A stretch of DNA of 64,000 nt from a bacterium (GTDB lineage: Bacteria; UBA8248; JACPRG01; G963555815). The notes beneath the pieces are model-generated. The model worked only from the letters and a program-made list of their open reading frames with translations, was not told the DNA's origin and did not search any database. Each line of letters starts with the position of its first letter. Within the stretch, counting starts at the first letter, position 1. Positions 1 through 12,122 of the stretch are shown piece by piece. The position numbers and the translations under genes were made by a program. The stretch is taken from the NCBI GenBank assembly GCA_963555815.3, contig CAUVWX020000001.1, positions 800,001 through 864,000 on the forward strand, read 5' to 3'.

Positions 1-19
1 TTTCGACCGTCGAGTCCGC

Positions 20-1192
20 TTGGGGGCAAAGGGGGCTCTTTCGACCCTCTGGGCGTTTGTGTATCGACCGCCTTACCGCCCTCGTGGAGAGATTCGCCGC
101 ATCCTCATCATCGTCTATCCCCCGGGCCTGGGCGACTATGTGGTGGCCACTTCTTTCTTAACAGCCGTGGGTGCCGCTTTCGATGGCGCCTCCTTGGAGG
201 TTCTGGCCGGAGGCCCTCACGCCGAGGTTCTGGGGAGTCACCCCTCGATCTCGGATGCGATCCTTTACGAGGACAGCTGGATTTCCAAGGACGACAAGGG
301 AGCTTCGCTTCGCCCTTGGCGGGAGCGAAAAATCCTTTGGGATCACCTGAGGGAGAAGAGGTACGATCTCGTCTTTGACCTCCTTGGAAACTTCGCCTCT
401 GCGCAACTGACCTATCAGACCGGGGCCCCTCTTCGAGTGGGTTTCTCGAGTGGAGTGGATGCTTTTCTCACCCATCCCGTTCCAGACCTTCGTTTCACCT
501 CTCCCTCCAAACCCATGACCGAGCACCAGGGGGACCTGCTTCGACGGCTCGGTATAGAGCCCATCCCAAGCGGGCCCTCGGTCCATCCATCGCCCAAGGA
601 TGAGGCCTTCGCCGAATCCTTGATCAGCGAGACGGGCCTGGGCGGGGACTCCGTCCTCCTCGGCCTTGCTCCGGCCGCGGACCACCCCTCCCGACGGTGG
701 GAAGAAGAGGCCTTTGCCGCCCTGGGGGATCGCCTGGCCCAGGGGTGGGGAGGGAGGTGTCTGCTGTTTGGTGGAGAGAAGGACCGGGACTATCTGGGGT
801 CCATCTCCCGTAGGATGGCCTCGAGACCCGCCAACTTCACCGGCCGGGCGAACGCCTTGCAAACGGCGTCCCTCCTTCGGCGATGCCGGATGCTGGTGAG
901 CGTCAATACAGGGCTCATGCATCTTGGGGCCGCCGTGGGCCTGCCGGTGGTGGCCCTCTATGGGGACGGCCCGCCCCTTTGGCATCCCTGGGGGGAGGGG
1001 CATCAGATCTTGACCAGGCCCCTGAGAAGGCGCGGGGCCGGCGAGGGAGAACCCTTGAGCGTTGAAGAGGTGCTCCAGGCGGCAAGACGCATCTTGGGGC
1101 CCCCTCTGCGGGAGGTCTCCTCGGACCTGGCAAAATACCCGGCAGCGAAAGAATCCAGTCGGACGGATGGGGTCCGAGAGGAGGGGCGGTGA
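20..1192 (+). CDS. Glycosyltransferase family 9 (heptosyltransferase-like); true start may lie upstream of the window
   Basis: GLGDYVVA, YDLVFDL, SRRW, VSVNTGLMHLGAAVGLPVVALYG motifs; frame is open back to position 2. Confidence 0.85.
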   Translation: MGAKGALSTLWAFVYRPPYRPRGEIRRILIIVYPPGLGDYVVATSFLTAVGAAFDGASLEVLAGGPHAEVLGSHPSISDAILYEDSWISKDDKGASLRPWRERKILWDHLREKRYDLVFDLLGNFASAQLTYQTGAPLRVGFSSGVDAFLTHPVPDLRFTSPSKPMTEHQGDLLRRLGIEPIPSGPSVHPSPKDEAFAESLISETGLGGDSVLLGLAPAADHPSRRWEEEAFAALGDRLAQGWGGRCLLFGGEKDRDYLGSISRRMASRPANFTGRANALQTASLLRRCRMLVSVNTGLMHLGAAVGLPVVALYGDGPPLWHPWGEGHQILTRPLRRRGAGEGEPLSVEEVLQAARRILGPPLREVSSDLAKYPAAKESSRTDGVREEGR

Positions 1193-2367
1193 GCCCTCCC
1201 AGGGCTGGGAGCCCCCTTCGAGTCCTCATCATCTCCCACGCCTATGTCACCCCCTTCAACCGGGCCAAGGTGGAGGCCATCTCTGCCACGGGGGAGGTGG
1301 ATCTCATCCTTCTCGTCCCTGGCCGCTGGGAGGGCTCCCAGCCCTGGGAGGGCCCGGTTCCGGACTCATGGCCGGGGGCTCCATATCGTTTGGTGAGGGG
1401 ATCTATCGCCTTTCCGGGACATGGAGGAGGGTACTGGTTCTTGAGAGGTCTTGGGACTATCCTTCGGGAGTTTCGCCCCGAGATCGTCCATGTGGAGGAG
1501 GAGCCATGGTCGGTGGTGGCCTACCAAGTGGCATTCTGGAAAAAGCGGTTTCCGTTTCACTACCTCCTCTTTTCCTGGGAGAACCTGCCAAAGAATTTTG
1601 GCGGGCCTCGCGGTTGGATGGAGCGGCGGAGTTTAGGGGCCCTTGACTTCGCCTTGGCTGGAAACGAGGGGGCCGCGGCGGAGCTTCAACGCAAGGGTTT
1701 CAGCCCTGAGCGGGTTGCCATCCTGCCACAGCTCGGTGTGGACCCCGAACAGTTCAAGCCGCGAGAGGGGTCTTCTTCCCCCTGGACGATTGGCTACGTG
1801 GGACGCCTGGTGCCCGAAAAGGGGATCGATGTTCTCCTTGGTGCGGCTTCCAAACTGGAGGGGGAGTTCCGCCTGAAACTCCTTGGGGCGGGACCTCTCG
1901 CCGATGATCTAAAAGCCCTCGCACGGCGCCTGGGGGTGGAGGGGCGCACAGAATTTTTGGGGGCCGTCCCTCACGGCGAGGTGGCCGGCTTCCTTCAGAC
2001 CCTGGATGTCCTCGTCCTCCCTTCGGTGACGACCCGTCAGTGGGCCGAGCAGTTTGGCCACGTTCTCATCGAGGCCATGGCCTGCGCTCTTCCGGTGGTG
2101 GGCTCCCGATCCGGGGCCATCCCGGAAGTGGTGGGGGAGACGGGCCTCCTCTTTCCCGAGGGAGACGTCGCTGCGCTGCGGGACTGCCTGAGGCGGCTTC
2201 GAGACGATCCGGGGCTCTCTCGAGATCTGGGGGAGAGGGGGAGGCAGAGGGTTCTTGAACGATACACGTGGGATCAGATCGCACGCTCCACCCTTGACGT
2301 CTACCGGCGACTGTCCGATCCGGACAGGCGGTCTCTTCCCGCGCCGGACCCCTTGAGGTCGCCATGA
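1189..2367 (+). CDS. Glycosyltransferase family 4
   Basis: YVGRLVPEKG, EQFGHVLIEAMACALPVVGS (EX7E). Confidence 0.9.
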   Translation: MSPPRAGSPLRVLIISHAYVTPFNRAKVEAISATGEVDLILLVPGRWEGSQPWEGPVPDSWPGAPYRLVRGSIAFPGHGGGYWFLRGLGTILREFRPEIVHVEEEPWSVVAYQVAFWKKRFPFHYLLFSWENLPKNFGGPRGWMERRSLGALDFALAGNEGAAAELQRKGFSPERVAILPQLGVDPEQFKPREGSSSPWTIGYVGRLVPEKGIDVLLGAASKLEGEFRLKLLGAGPLADDLKALARRLGVEGRTEFLGAVPHGEVAGFLQTLDVLVLPSVTTRQWAEQFGHVLIEAMACALPVVGSRSGAIPEVVGETGLLFPEGDVAALRDCLRRLRDDPGLSRDLGERGRQRVLERYTWDQIARSTLDVYRRLSDPDRRSLPAPDPLRSP

Positions 2368-3809
2368 GCCTGGCCGCCAGGGTCCTTCGAAACTCGGGCT
2401 TTCTCCTGGGCGGCCAGGTGACGGACCGCATCCTCAGGATCGTCGTCATCGCCTTTCTCGCCCGCTATCTGGGGGAAAGTGACTTTGGCCTCTATGCTTT
2501 TGTTTTCACCTATGTCGAGTTTTTCAACCTCCTGACAGATTTGGGGCTTCACACCATCCTGGTGCGCGAGGTGTCCCGCTCCCCTGAGCGAACAGAGGAG
2601 TACCTGGGAGGGGCCCTCAGCCTGAAACTCTTGGCGTCTCTTGGGGGCACCGGGCTTGCTCTTCTCGTCGTCCGGGCGATGGGATACCCGACCTCCACGT
2701 TGGTGTTGGTGGGATGGGCTTGTCTTGGCCTCTTCTTGTCATTCCGCATGAGCTCCTTGCGACAGATCTACGACGTCACCTTCCAGACGAAGCTCGAGAT
2801 GAGGACCCCTGTCCTCCTCGGCATCCTGAGCGAGGTCCTCTCGGCCCTTTTCGTCATCGGGGCGATTGCCCTGGAAATGAGCCTCGCCTCGATCATCCTC
2901 TTGCAGAACCTGGCCTATCTTCCCGGGGCTCTTTCGGTGGCGTGGCTGGCCAGGCGGCGCATCAGGCACCCCCTTCGGTGGGCCCCTGGTCTCTGGAAGG
3001 GGCTTCTTCGGGAGTCCTTCCCCCTGGCCCTGGCGAACCTCTTTACGCTCGCCTACGTCAAGATAGATATCCTGATGCTTTCACTCATGCGGGGGAATGC
3101 CGACGTAGGATTCTATGCGGCAGCCTACAAGTTGGCGGGCTCTCTTTCCATCTTCCCCACGGCCCTCTTGATATCCCTCTTTCCCCTGATGTCCCAGTAC
3201 GCCCGATCCTCTCCCGAGGCCCTGGCCTCACTTTTTCAAAGGAGCCTGAAGGCCATCTTGCTGGTCTCCCTCCCCCTCACCGTGGGAGGCATGGTCCTGG
3301 CTCCAGACCTCATCGGCCTCATCTACGGCCAGGGCTATCAACCTTCGGTTGCGGCCCTTCAGATCCTGATCTGGGCCGTCTCCTTCAGCTTCTTGAGCTA
3401 CCTCTTCACCTCGGCATTAAACGCCATGGATCGTCAGCGCCTCTATCTGGGGCTGACGGCCGCCATGGCGTTCCTCAACATTGGCCTGAACGCCCTTCTC
3501 ATCCCGCGCCATGGCTTCATCGGGGCCGCCGCTGCAACGGTCGTGACCGAGGTGGCCCTGACGGGTCTGTGCCTCTGGGTTCTGGCGGGCCACCTTCGGG
3601 GTCTTGACCTTACGTCTATTCTTAAGTTCGCCTTGGGGGCCGCAGTCATGGGGATCGTGATCTACTTTGCACCCTTTCCCTTTGTCCTAAAATTCCTGGT
3701 GGGCGTGGCCCTTTATCTGGCCTGGGTCCTTCTCTTCCGTGGGGTGAGCCGGGAGGAATGGGGGATTTACCGCTCCGCCCTTCGCCCCGGAACCCGGGCT
3801 TCAGGATGA
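2364..3809 (+). CDS. Wzx-type polysaccharide flippase
   Basis: LARYLG..FGLY, DLGL..ILVREVS, VGFYAAAYKL, LIPRHGFIGAAAATVV; many TM segments. Confidence 0.88.
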   Translation: MSLAARVLRNSGFLLGGQVTDRILRIVVIAFLARYLGESDFGLYAFVFTYVEFFNLLTDLGLHTILVREVSRSPERTEEYLGGALSLKLLASLGGTGLALLVVRAMGYPTSTLVLVGWACLGLFLSFRMSSLRQIYDVTFQTKLEMRTPVLLGILSEVLSALFVIGAIALEMSLASIILLQNLAYLPGALSVAWLARRRIRHPLRWAPGLWKGLLRESFPLALANLFTLAYVKIDILMLSLMRGNADVGFYAAAYKLAGSLSIFPTALLISLFPLMSQYARSSPEALASLFQRSLKAILLVSLPLTVGGMVLAPDLIGLIYGQGYQPSVAALQILIWAVSFSFLSYLFTSALNAMDRQRLYLGLTAAMAFLNIGLNALLIPRHGFIGAAAATVVTEVALTGLCLWVLAGHLRGLDLTSILKFALGAAVMGIVIYFAPFPFVLKFLVGVALYLAWVLLFRGVSREEWGIYRSALRPGTRASG

Positions 3810-3881
3810 AGAAAGAAAGAGCTATGGTGAGCCCTTACTTTGCCTCGCCTTTGGGTCGCCTCGCAGAGGAGGACGCCTGAG

Positions 3882-5093
3882 ATGAGACGTCCCTCCTATC
3901 CCTATCGAGCGGGGTGGAAGAGGGCCATCGCCCTGGCCTTCGACACTTTGGGCGATGCCCTTGGAGGGCTCACAGCCCTTGGAGGGCTCACAGCCCTTGG
4001 GGGGAAGAAGTCCAGGCCTGGGGGGGTACCTCCTGCAGGCGACGACGCCTTGGGTCAGGGTCTGGACGGAGGAGCGGTGAAGCGGGTCCTGGTCATCCGA
4101 CTGGACCACGTGGGAGACGTCCTCTTCTCCACGGTTGTCTTTCAGCCCCTTCGCCAGCTCTATCCGAAGGCCCACATCACCGCCCTGACGGGGCCGTGGG
4201 CGGCTCCCCTTCTCCTCCATCATCCTGATGTGGACCGGGTCGTCTCTTTCCGTAGCCCCTGGTTTGACCGAGGGGGGATTTCGGGATGGACCGACACGCT
4301 GGGGGCTTTTCAGTTTCTTCGTCGAAGCCGCTTTGACGTGGGACTCGACCTTCGAGGCGACCCTCGCGTCATTGGTCTCATGACGGCCGGGAAGGTCCGC
4401 TACCGGGCGGGCTATGGCTGGGGCGGGGGCGGCGTCCTTCTCTCTCGGGAGCTCGACCACCCCCCCGGTCTTCACCAGGTGGACCGAAATATTCGTTTGG
4501 TGCAGGCCCTCGGGTGGAAGGGGGAAGGCGAGAACTTTCGAAGGCCTCAGCTCTTTGTGTCGAAGGCCGAGGAAGAAGAGGCCAGGGCACGGCTCCTGGC
4601 CCTCGGTGTGGCGGCGGAAGAGCGTCTGATCGCACTTCACCCTGGGGCGAGTGTGTCGGAGAAGCGATGGCCGGCCGAGCGCTACGCCTCCCTGATGTCA
4701 TGGCTTTCCCGACGGCCAGGCCTAAAACTCCTTCTTCTGGGGGGTCCTGAGGAGCGGGATCTTGCCGCTAGGGTGGCAGCCCTCTCTGGGGTCTCGTCCC
4801 TGAACCTGGCCGGGGCACTCTCCCTGAGGGGGTTGATGGGGGTCCTGAGCCGGTGCTTTCTGATGATCGGAAACGACTCCGGTCCCACACACATTGCCGC
4901 CGCCCTCGGGGTCCCGACGGTGGCCCTCTTCAGCGGGAAGAATGAACCGTCGGAATGGGGCCCCATCGGGGTCCGGGCCCACCTCATTCAACCGCCTTCG
5001 CGCCATGCCGCGGACATCGAGCGAGGGGAAGTTTCGGTGGGAGAGATCCAGGTCGAGGATGTGGAGAAGGTGATCGAATGCGAATTGGCCTAG
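3882..5093 (+). CDS. Glycosyltransferase family 9
   Basis: RLDHVGDVL, LHPGAS..KRWP, IGNDSGPTHIAAALGVPTVALF; ATG 3882 has a GAGGAGG SD (ORF track starts at 3840). Confidence 0.88.
   Translation: MRRPSYPYRAGWKRAIALAFDTLGDALGGLTALGGLTALGGKKSRPGGVPPAGDDALGQGLDGGAVKRVLVIRLDHVGDVLFSTVVFQPLRQLYPKAHITALTGPWAAPLLLHHPDVDRVVSFRSPWFDRGGISGWTDTLGAFQFLRRSRFDVGLDLRGDPRVIGLMTAGKVRYRAGYGWGGGGVLLSRELDHPPGLHQVDRNIRLVQALGWKGEGENFRRPQLFVSKAEEEEARARLLALGVAAEERLIALHPGASVSEKRWPAERYASLMSWLSRRPGLKLLLLGGPEERDLAARVAALSGVSSLNLAGALSLRGLMGVLSRCFLMIGNDSGPTHIAAALGVPTVALFSGKNEPSEWGPIGVRAHLIQPPSRHAADIERGEVSVGEIQVEDVEKVIECELA
3957..4000 (+). repeat. In-frame 18-bp tandem repeat (2.4 copies), encodes ALGGLT-ALGGLT-ALG
   Basis: GCCCTTGGAGGGCTCACA x2 followed by GCCCTTGG. 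Confidence 0.9.
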
Positions 5094-6187
5094 ATGCCCG
5101 GATGTACAGCTGGTCCGGGATCGGGACCTATCTCAAGGCGCTCATCCACGGTATTGCGCGCCTCGACTCTCGGGATAATTTTGTTTGTTTTTTCCTTCCC
5201 GAAGATTTGCGCCATTTTAGCCCCCCGGCCCCGAACTTCAGCGCCGAGCCCTGCCCCGTCCCCGTCTATTCTCTTCGAGAGATGACGGCCCTTCCCGGTC
5301 TCCTTCGGTCTCACCAGCTCGACCTCATCCATTTCCCCCATTATGTGTATCCCTTCTGGGCGAACCTCCCCGCTGTCATCACCATCCACGACCTCATCCA
5401 CCTCCTTTTTCCTCACCACCATCGAACCCCCTTCCACCGCTGGTATGCCAGGGTGGTCATGCGTCAGGGTGCCCGAAGGGCGCGTCGGATTATCACCGTT
5501 TCGGAATACTCCAAGGGGGATATCGTCCGCCATCTCGGGGTCTCTCCCGACAAGGTCAATGTGATCTACAACGGGCTTCTCGGAACTTTTTCCCCCGATT
5601 TGGACGGAGGGGCGGAAGGGAGAGTGCGACGCCGCTTTGGCCTCGATCCTCCCTATTTCCTCTACGTTGGAAACGCCAAGGAGCACAAGAACCTCCGGGG
5701 CCTTTTTGAGGCTTACAGGCGACTTCGGGCTCGCCTGGGCCCTGAGGGGCTTCGTCCGTCCCTGGTCCTCACGATTAGAAGAGAAGATCTGAGGGGGGAA
5801 GAGGCCGCTGATCCTCCGGAGGACGTGAAATTCCTTGGACGCGTCGAGGATCCCTATCTCGTGGACCTCTATCGCGGGGCCACTCTGCTCGCCTTCCCCT
5901 CTCTCTACGAGGGTTTTGGGTATCCGCCGCTCGAGGCCATGGCCTGCGGGACGCCGGTCGTGGCCTCGGACGCGGCCTCTCTGCCAGAGGTGGCGGGGGA
6001 GGCCGCCCTCCTCGTCCCCGCGGGCAACCTTGACCGCCTCTCAGACGCCTTATATGATGTGCTGACGAAGGAGGAGCTTCGCACGGAGCTTCGCCGCCGG
6101 GGGGTGGAGCGGGCCGAGCACTTTAGCACCCTGACCATGGCGGACGCGACCCTTCGTGTCTATGAGGAGGCCCTGGCCTCGCTTTGA
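5078..6187 (+). CDS. Glycosyltransferase family 4 (mannosyltransferase-like)
   Basis: MRIGLDAR start, TIHDLI, FPSLYEGFGYPPLEAMACGTPV. Confidence 0.9.
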   Translation: MRIGLDARMYSWSGIGTYLKALIHGIARLDSRDNFVCFFLPEDLRHFSPPAPNFSAEPCPVPVYSLREMTALPGLLRSHQLDLIHFPHYVYPFWANLPAVITIHDLIHLLFPHHHRTPFHRWYARVVMRQGARRARRIITVSEYSKGDIVRHLGVSPDKVNVIYNGLLGTFSPDLDGGAEGRVRRRFGLDPPYFLYVGNAKEHKNLRGLFEAYRRLRARLGPEGLRPSLVLTIRREDLRGEEAADPPEDVKFLGRVEDPYLVDLYRGATLLAFPSLYEGFGYPPLEAMACGTPVVASDAASLPEVAGEAALLVPAGNLDRLSDALYDVLTKEELRTELRRRGVERAEHFSTLTMADATLRVYEEALASL

Positions 6188-7323
6188 AGGTCGCCATTGT
6201 CCATGACTGGCTCACGGGGATGCGGGGGGGGGAAAAGACCCTTGAGGTCTTTCTGGACCTCCTGCCAGACGCCCACCTCTTCACCCTGGTCCACGACCGG
6301 GGGAAGCTTTCTGCCCGGATCGAGTCCACCCCGATTCACACCTCTTTCATTCAGCGGCTCCCCTTCGGTGTCAGCAGGTATCGCTACTATCTCCCCCTGA
6401 TGCCGGCGGCCATAGAGCGGTTTGACCTGACTCCTTTTGACCTCGTTCTCAGTCTCAGCCACTGTGTTGCAAAGGGAGTCATCACGCGACCCGACGCGGT
6501 CCACATTTGCTACTGCTTCACGCCTATGCGCTACGCCTGGGAGAGCTACTACCGCTACTTCGGGGATCATCGGGTCGGATGGATGGGGAGATTTTTGCTT
6601 CCTCCCCTCTTTACCTACCTGAGGATGTGGGATGTCGCCTCGGCCCACCGGGTGGACCACTTTGTCGCCGTCTCCGAAGCCGTGGCACGCCGGATCAAGA
6701 AGTACTACGGCCGGGATTCTACGGTCCTCCCCTGCCCGGTCGAGACAGGGCATTTTCGGGCTTCTGCCGGCGGAGACTACTATCTCATCGTCTCGGCCTT
6801 CGCCCCCTATAAGCGGATCGACCTGGCGATTGAGGCCTTCAACACCCTTGGCTATCCTCTTCGGATCGTCGGCGGAGGGCAGGATGAGACGCGCCTTCAG
6901 GCCCTTGCGGGCAAAAATGTCGAGTTCCTGGGGTGGCTCACAGGGCGGGACCTGGTGGAGCAGTACGAGGGGTGCAAGGCCTTCCTCCTGCCGGGGGAGG
7001 AGGATTTCGGCATTGCCCCTGTGGAGGCCATGGCCGCCGGGAGGCCGGTCATCGCCTTGGGGAAAGGCGGGGCCCTGGAGACGGTCGTCCCCTTCGATGA
7101 CCCCGAGGGGAGAGACCCGACCGGTGTCCACTTCTCTGAAGAGTCAGCAGAGAGCCTGGCGGAAGCCGTTCGGAGATTTGAGAGAATTGCCCACCTCTTC
7201 GAGCCAGCCCGGGTCCGCGCTCACGCTCAGAGGTATGACGCCCTGGCTTTCCGCAGGGCCGCGGAGGACATCCTGCGTGGGGTGGTCCCATCGCCCGAGA
7301 GAGAGAGCCCGCTTCGGGTCTAG
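6184..7323 (+). CDS. Glycosyltransferase family 4 (WbaZ-like)
   Basis: MKVAIVHDWLTGMRGGEK, YCFTPMRYAW, EDFGIAPVEAMAAGRPVIA. Confidence 0.9.
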   Translation: MKVAIVHDWLTGMRGGEKTLEVFLDLLPDAHLFTLVHDRGKLSARIESTPIHTSFIQRLPFGVSRYRYYLPLMPAAIERFDLTPFDLVLSLSHCVAKGVITRPDAVHICYCFTPMRYAWESYYRYFGDHRVGWMGRFLLPPLFTYLRMWDVASAHRVDHFVAVSEAVARRIKKYYGRDSTVLPCPVETGHFRASAGGDYYLIVSAFAPYKRIDLAIEAFNTLGYPLRIVGGGQDETRLQALAGKNVEFLGWLTGRDLVEQYEGCKAFLLPGEEDFGIAPVEAMAAGRPVIALGKGGALETVVPFDDPEGRDPTGVHFSEESAESLAEAVRRFERIAHLFEPARVRAHAQRYDALAFRRAAEDILRGVVPSPERESPLRV

Positions 7324-7341
7324 AGGAACCCGCTTGCGCCC

Positions 7342-8751
7342 ATGAAGCGTTACACCCACTTCGCCGCCACCTTGCTCGCCATTACCGATCTCGTCTCGGT
7401 CACGGCGGCCTGGGCGGCGGCCTTTTTTCTCCGGTTCTTTGTGGAGATTATTCCCGTCGTCAAGACCTACCCCACCTTTCCCAGCTATCTGAAATTTGTC
7501 CCTATCGTGTGGGCCGCATGGTTCTTCTCGGCCCGATTGGTGGGTCTTTACCGGCCCGAGATGGGCCGCCCCTTTGGGCTATGGACGAAGCAACACCTTC
7601 AGGCGGCGACGGTCGCCGTTATCCTCCTTACGGCCCTGACCTTCTTTTATCGAGAGTTCGCCTTTGCCCGGTTCTCCCGAGTGGTGATGGCCTACTTCTG
7701 GGTCCTGGTCATCGTCTTCTCGGGGCCCGCCCGGGGGGTGGCCCTGGTGATCCTGAGGCGGATGCGGCGGCGCGGCTACGAGGTCCGCCGTATCCTTATT
7801 GCGGGAACTGGGGAAGTGGGTCGGGACTTGTGCCGGAGGATGCAGGAGCGGGGCGAGTTCGGCCTGGAGGTGATGGGGTTCCTGTCCGACCGCAGGGAGG
7901 ATGTGGGGATGACGCTGGACGGGGTCCCCATTGTCGGGCAAATCGAGGATGTCCGGGAGGCCATCCGAAAGAGTCTGGCGGACCAGCTCTTCATCGCCCT
8001 GCCTCTTGACGCCTCTGATCGCCTAAAACGTGTCCTAGAGAGCCTTGGGGAAGAGACCATTGATATCAAGGTGGTCCCGGACTTCCTCCGCTACATGAAG
8101 CTCAACGCTGGGATTGAGGATTTCGACGGGCTTCCTGTCATCCGTCTCAGGGAGGGTCCCCTCTACGGCTGGAACAACCTTGTGAAACGGGCAATGGATG
8201 TCGTTCTATCGGGTCTCGCCCTCATTTTCCTCTCCCCCCTCATGTTCGTCATCTCTCTTGCGATCAAGTTCACCTCAAAAGGGCCCGTCTTCTACCGGCA
8301 GGAGCGGATGGGCCTCGACCGGGTCCCCTTTCAGATGATCAAGTTTCGGTCTATGCAGGACGGGGCTGAGAACGAGACGGGGGCCGTCTGGGCCAGTGCC
8401 GACGACCCCAGGCGGACCCGGACGGGAAGCCTGTTGCGGAAGATGAGTCTCGACGAGCTCCCGCAGCTCTTCAACGTCCTTAAAGGTGAGATGAGCCTGG
8501 TCGGCCCTCGGCCTGAGCGCCCCGTCTTTGTGGAGCAGTTCCAACGCTCTGTCCCCGGCTATGTGCTCCGGCACAAGGTCAAGGCGGGGATCACCGGCTG
8601 GGCCCAGGTGAACGGCTGGCGGGGGCAGACCTCCCTGGAGAAGCGGATCGAGTGCGACCTCTACTATATGGAGCACTGGTCACTCTGGTTTGATCTCAAG
8701 ATCATTTGGCTCACACTCCGCAGGGGCGTCCTTAACCGGCATGCGTATTGA
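7342..8751 (+). CDS. Undecaprenyl-phosphate glucose phosphotransferase (WcaJ-like priming transferase)
   Basis: N-terminal TMs; KFRSM, LDELPQLFNVLKGEMSLVGPRPE, GITGWAQVNG. Confidence 0.92.
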   Translation: MKRYTHFAATLLAITDLVSVTAAWAAAFFLRFFVEIIPVVKTYPTFPSYLKFVPIVWAAWFFSARLVGLYRPEMGRPFGLWTKQHLQAATVAVILLTALTFFYREFAFARFSRVVMAYFWVLVIVFSGPARGVALVILRRMRRRGYEVRRILIAGTGEVGRDLCRRMQERGEFGLEVMGFLSDRREDVGMTLDGVPIVGQIEDVREAIRKSLADQLFIALPLDASDRLKRVLESLGEETIDIKVVPDFLRYMKLNAGIEDFDGLPVIRLREGPLYGWNNLVKRAMDVVLSGLALIFLSPLMFVISLAIKFTSKGPVFYRQERMGLDRVPFQMIKFRSMQDGAENETGAVWASADDPRRTRTGSLLRKMSLDELPQLFNVLKGEMSLVGPRPERPVFVEQFQRSVPGYVLRHKVKAGITGWAQVNGWRGQTSLEKRIECDLYYMEHWSLWFDLKIIWLTLRRGVLNRHAY

Positions 8752-9538
8752 GAGAGAGGGGTCCCTCGTCCCCTCCGTCGTCGCCGTCATCCCGGCCCGG
8801 TATCATTCCGAGAGGTTTCCCGGAAAGCCCCTCGCGAAGATTGCTGGAAAGCCCATGATCCAGCACGTCTTCGAACGGGCGAAAGAGGCGAGGCACGTGG
8901 AAAGGGTCCTGGTGGCGACAGACGATGAGCGAATCCAGGAGGCGGTGCAGGCCTTTGACGGGGAGGCCGTCCTCACCTCGAAAGACTGCGCCTCCGGGAT
9001 GGACCGCGTGGCGGAGGCCGTGCGGGACTTTTCGGCCGACCTCGTCGTGAACGTCCAGGGGGATGAGCCCCTCATCTCCCCCCAGAGCATCGACGCCGCT
9101 CTTCTTCCCCTTATCGAAGATTCTGGACTTTCCCTCAGCACCCTTGCCAGTCGGATCCAGGCGGAACATGAATTTCTTGACCCAAATGTCGTCAAGGTCG
9201 TCTTCGACCAGAACCACATCGCCCTCTACTTCTCCCGGTCCCCTCTTCCCTATCATCGCAAGGCCGGGGAGTCGGAGGGTTCGGGCGAGACCCTTCGGGG
9301 GGGTGGGCATGAAGCGGGGCCGGCCTTCAAACACATCGGCCTCTATGTCTATCGCAAGGAGGTTTTAATGGCCCTCTGCCGGACCCCGCCGACCCCCCTT
9401 GAGAAGATTGAGGGGCTAGAACAGTTGCGAGCCCTCGAGTCGGGATACAAAATGAGGGTGGTGGAGACGGACCGGGAAGCAGTGGGCGTGGATGTCCCCG
9501 GGGACATCGCCCGCGTGGAGGCTGCCCTCAGGCGCTAG
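8741..9538 (+). CDS. kdsB: 3-deoxy-manno-octulosonate cytidylyltransferase
   Basis: IPARYHSERFPGKPL, VNVQGDEP, YFSRSP, HIGLYVY, EGLEQLRAL; start codon approximate. Confidence 0.95.
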   Translation: MRIEREGSLVPSVVAVIPARYHSERFPGKPLAKIAGKPMIQHVFERAKEARHVERVLVATDDERIQEAVQAFDGEAVLTSKDCASGMDRVAEAVRDFSADLVVNVQGDEPLISPQSIDAALLPLIEDSGLSLSTLASRIQAEHEFLDPNVVKVVFDQNHIALYFSRSPLPYHRKAGESEGSGETLRGGGHEAGPAFKHIGLYVYRKEVLMALCRTPPTPLEKIEGLEQLRALESGYKMRVVETDREAVGVDVPGDIARVEAALRR

Positions 9539-9552
9539 GTGAAGATGGATAA

Positions 9553-11235
<1,683 letters not shown>

Positions 11236-11236
11236 A

Positions 11237-12058
11237 ATGGGGGAGGTGACGGTCGGAGGGGTGAAACTAGGTAATGGGCAACCCCTCGTCCTTATTGCGG
11301 GCCCCTGTGTCATCGAAGGGGAGAAGGAGGCCCTCAAGGCCGCCCGAAAGCTGAAGGAGATCTGTCAGAAGGCTGGGATGCCCCTCATCTACAAGTCCTC
11401 CTACGACAAGGCCAACCGGTCCTCCGGGGCCTCTTTCCGGGGGCCAGGACGTGAGCGGGGCCTCGCCATCCTCGCCCGGGTCAAGGAGGAGCTGGGGCTT
11501 TCGGTCCTTTCGGACATTCACTCCGAGGCCGAGGCTGAGCCGGCCGCCGAGATCCTGGACGCCCTTCAGATCCCGGCCTTTCTGTGTCGTCAGACAGATC
11601 TCCTGGTCGCTGCCGCCAAGACAGGAAAACCTCTCAACGTCAAGAAGGGACCTTTTCTAGCCCCTTGGGATATTAAAAATGTCGTGGAGAAGATCAAGGG
11701 AGCGGGGGGGCGGTCCATCCTGTTGACGGAGCGGGGGACCACCTTTGGCTACAACAACCTGGTGGCCGACATGAGATCCCTGATCTTCCTTCGGGAGTTT
11801 GGCTATCCTGTCATCTTCGATGTGACGCACAGCCTTCAGCTCCCCGGGGGCCTCGGGAACGCCTCGGGGGGACAGCGGGATTTTGTGCCCCCGCTCGCCC
11901 GGGCCGCCACCGCCGTTGGGATAGACGGCCTGTTCATCGAGTGTCACGAAGACCCCGATTCCGCCCCCAGCGACGGTCCCAGCATGCTCCCCATGGATCG
12001 TCTCCCCTCCCTCCTGGAACAGGTGAGACGGATTCATCCGCTGGTGGGCCCCCGCTGA
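11237..12058 (+). CDS. kdsA: KDO8P synthase
   Basis: LIAGPCVIE, KSSYDKANRSS, QIPAFLCRQTDL, FDVTHS. Confidence 0.97.
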   Translation: MGEVTVGGVKLGNGQPLVLIAGPCVIEGEKEALKAARKLKEICQKAGMPLIYKSSYDKANRSSGASFRGPGRERGLAILARVKEELGLSVLSDIHSEAEAEPAAEILDALQIPAFLCRQTDLLVAAAKTGKPLNVKKGPFLAPWDIKNVVEKIKGAGGRSILLTERGTTFGYNNLVADMRSLIFLREFGYPVIFDVTHSLQLPGGLGNASGGQRDFVPPLARAATAVGIDGLFIECHEDPDSAPSDGPSMLPMDRLPSLLEQVRRIHPLVGPR

Positions 12059-12122
12059 CCTGGAAAATCCGGTTTTTTTGCAGGATGCCGAGAGCGACAG
12101 GAATCGGTCGTGGGTTCCGACG

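Noticed and set aside
6224..6232. G9 tract in a GT4 gene as a phase-variation site
   Set aside because: In frame and encodes the conserved MRGGE motif; G runs are common at this GC content.
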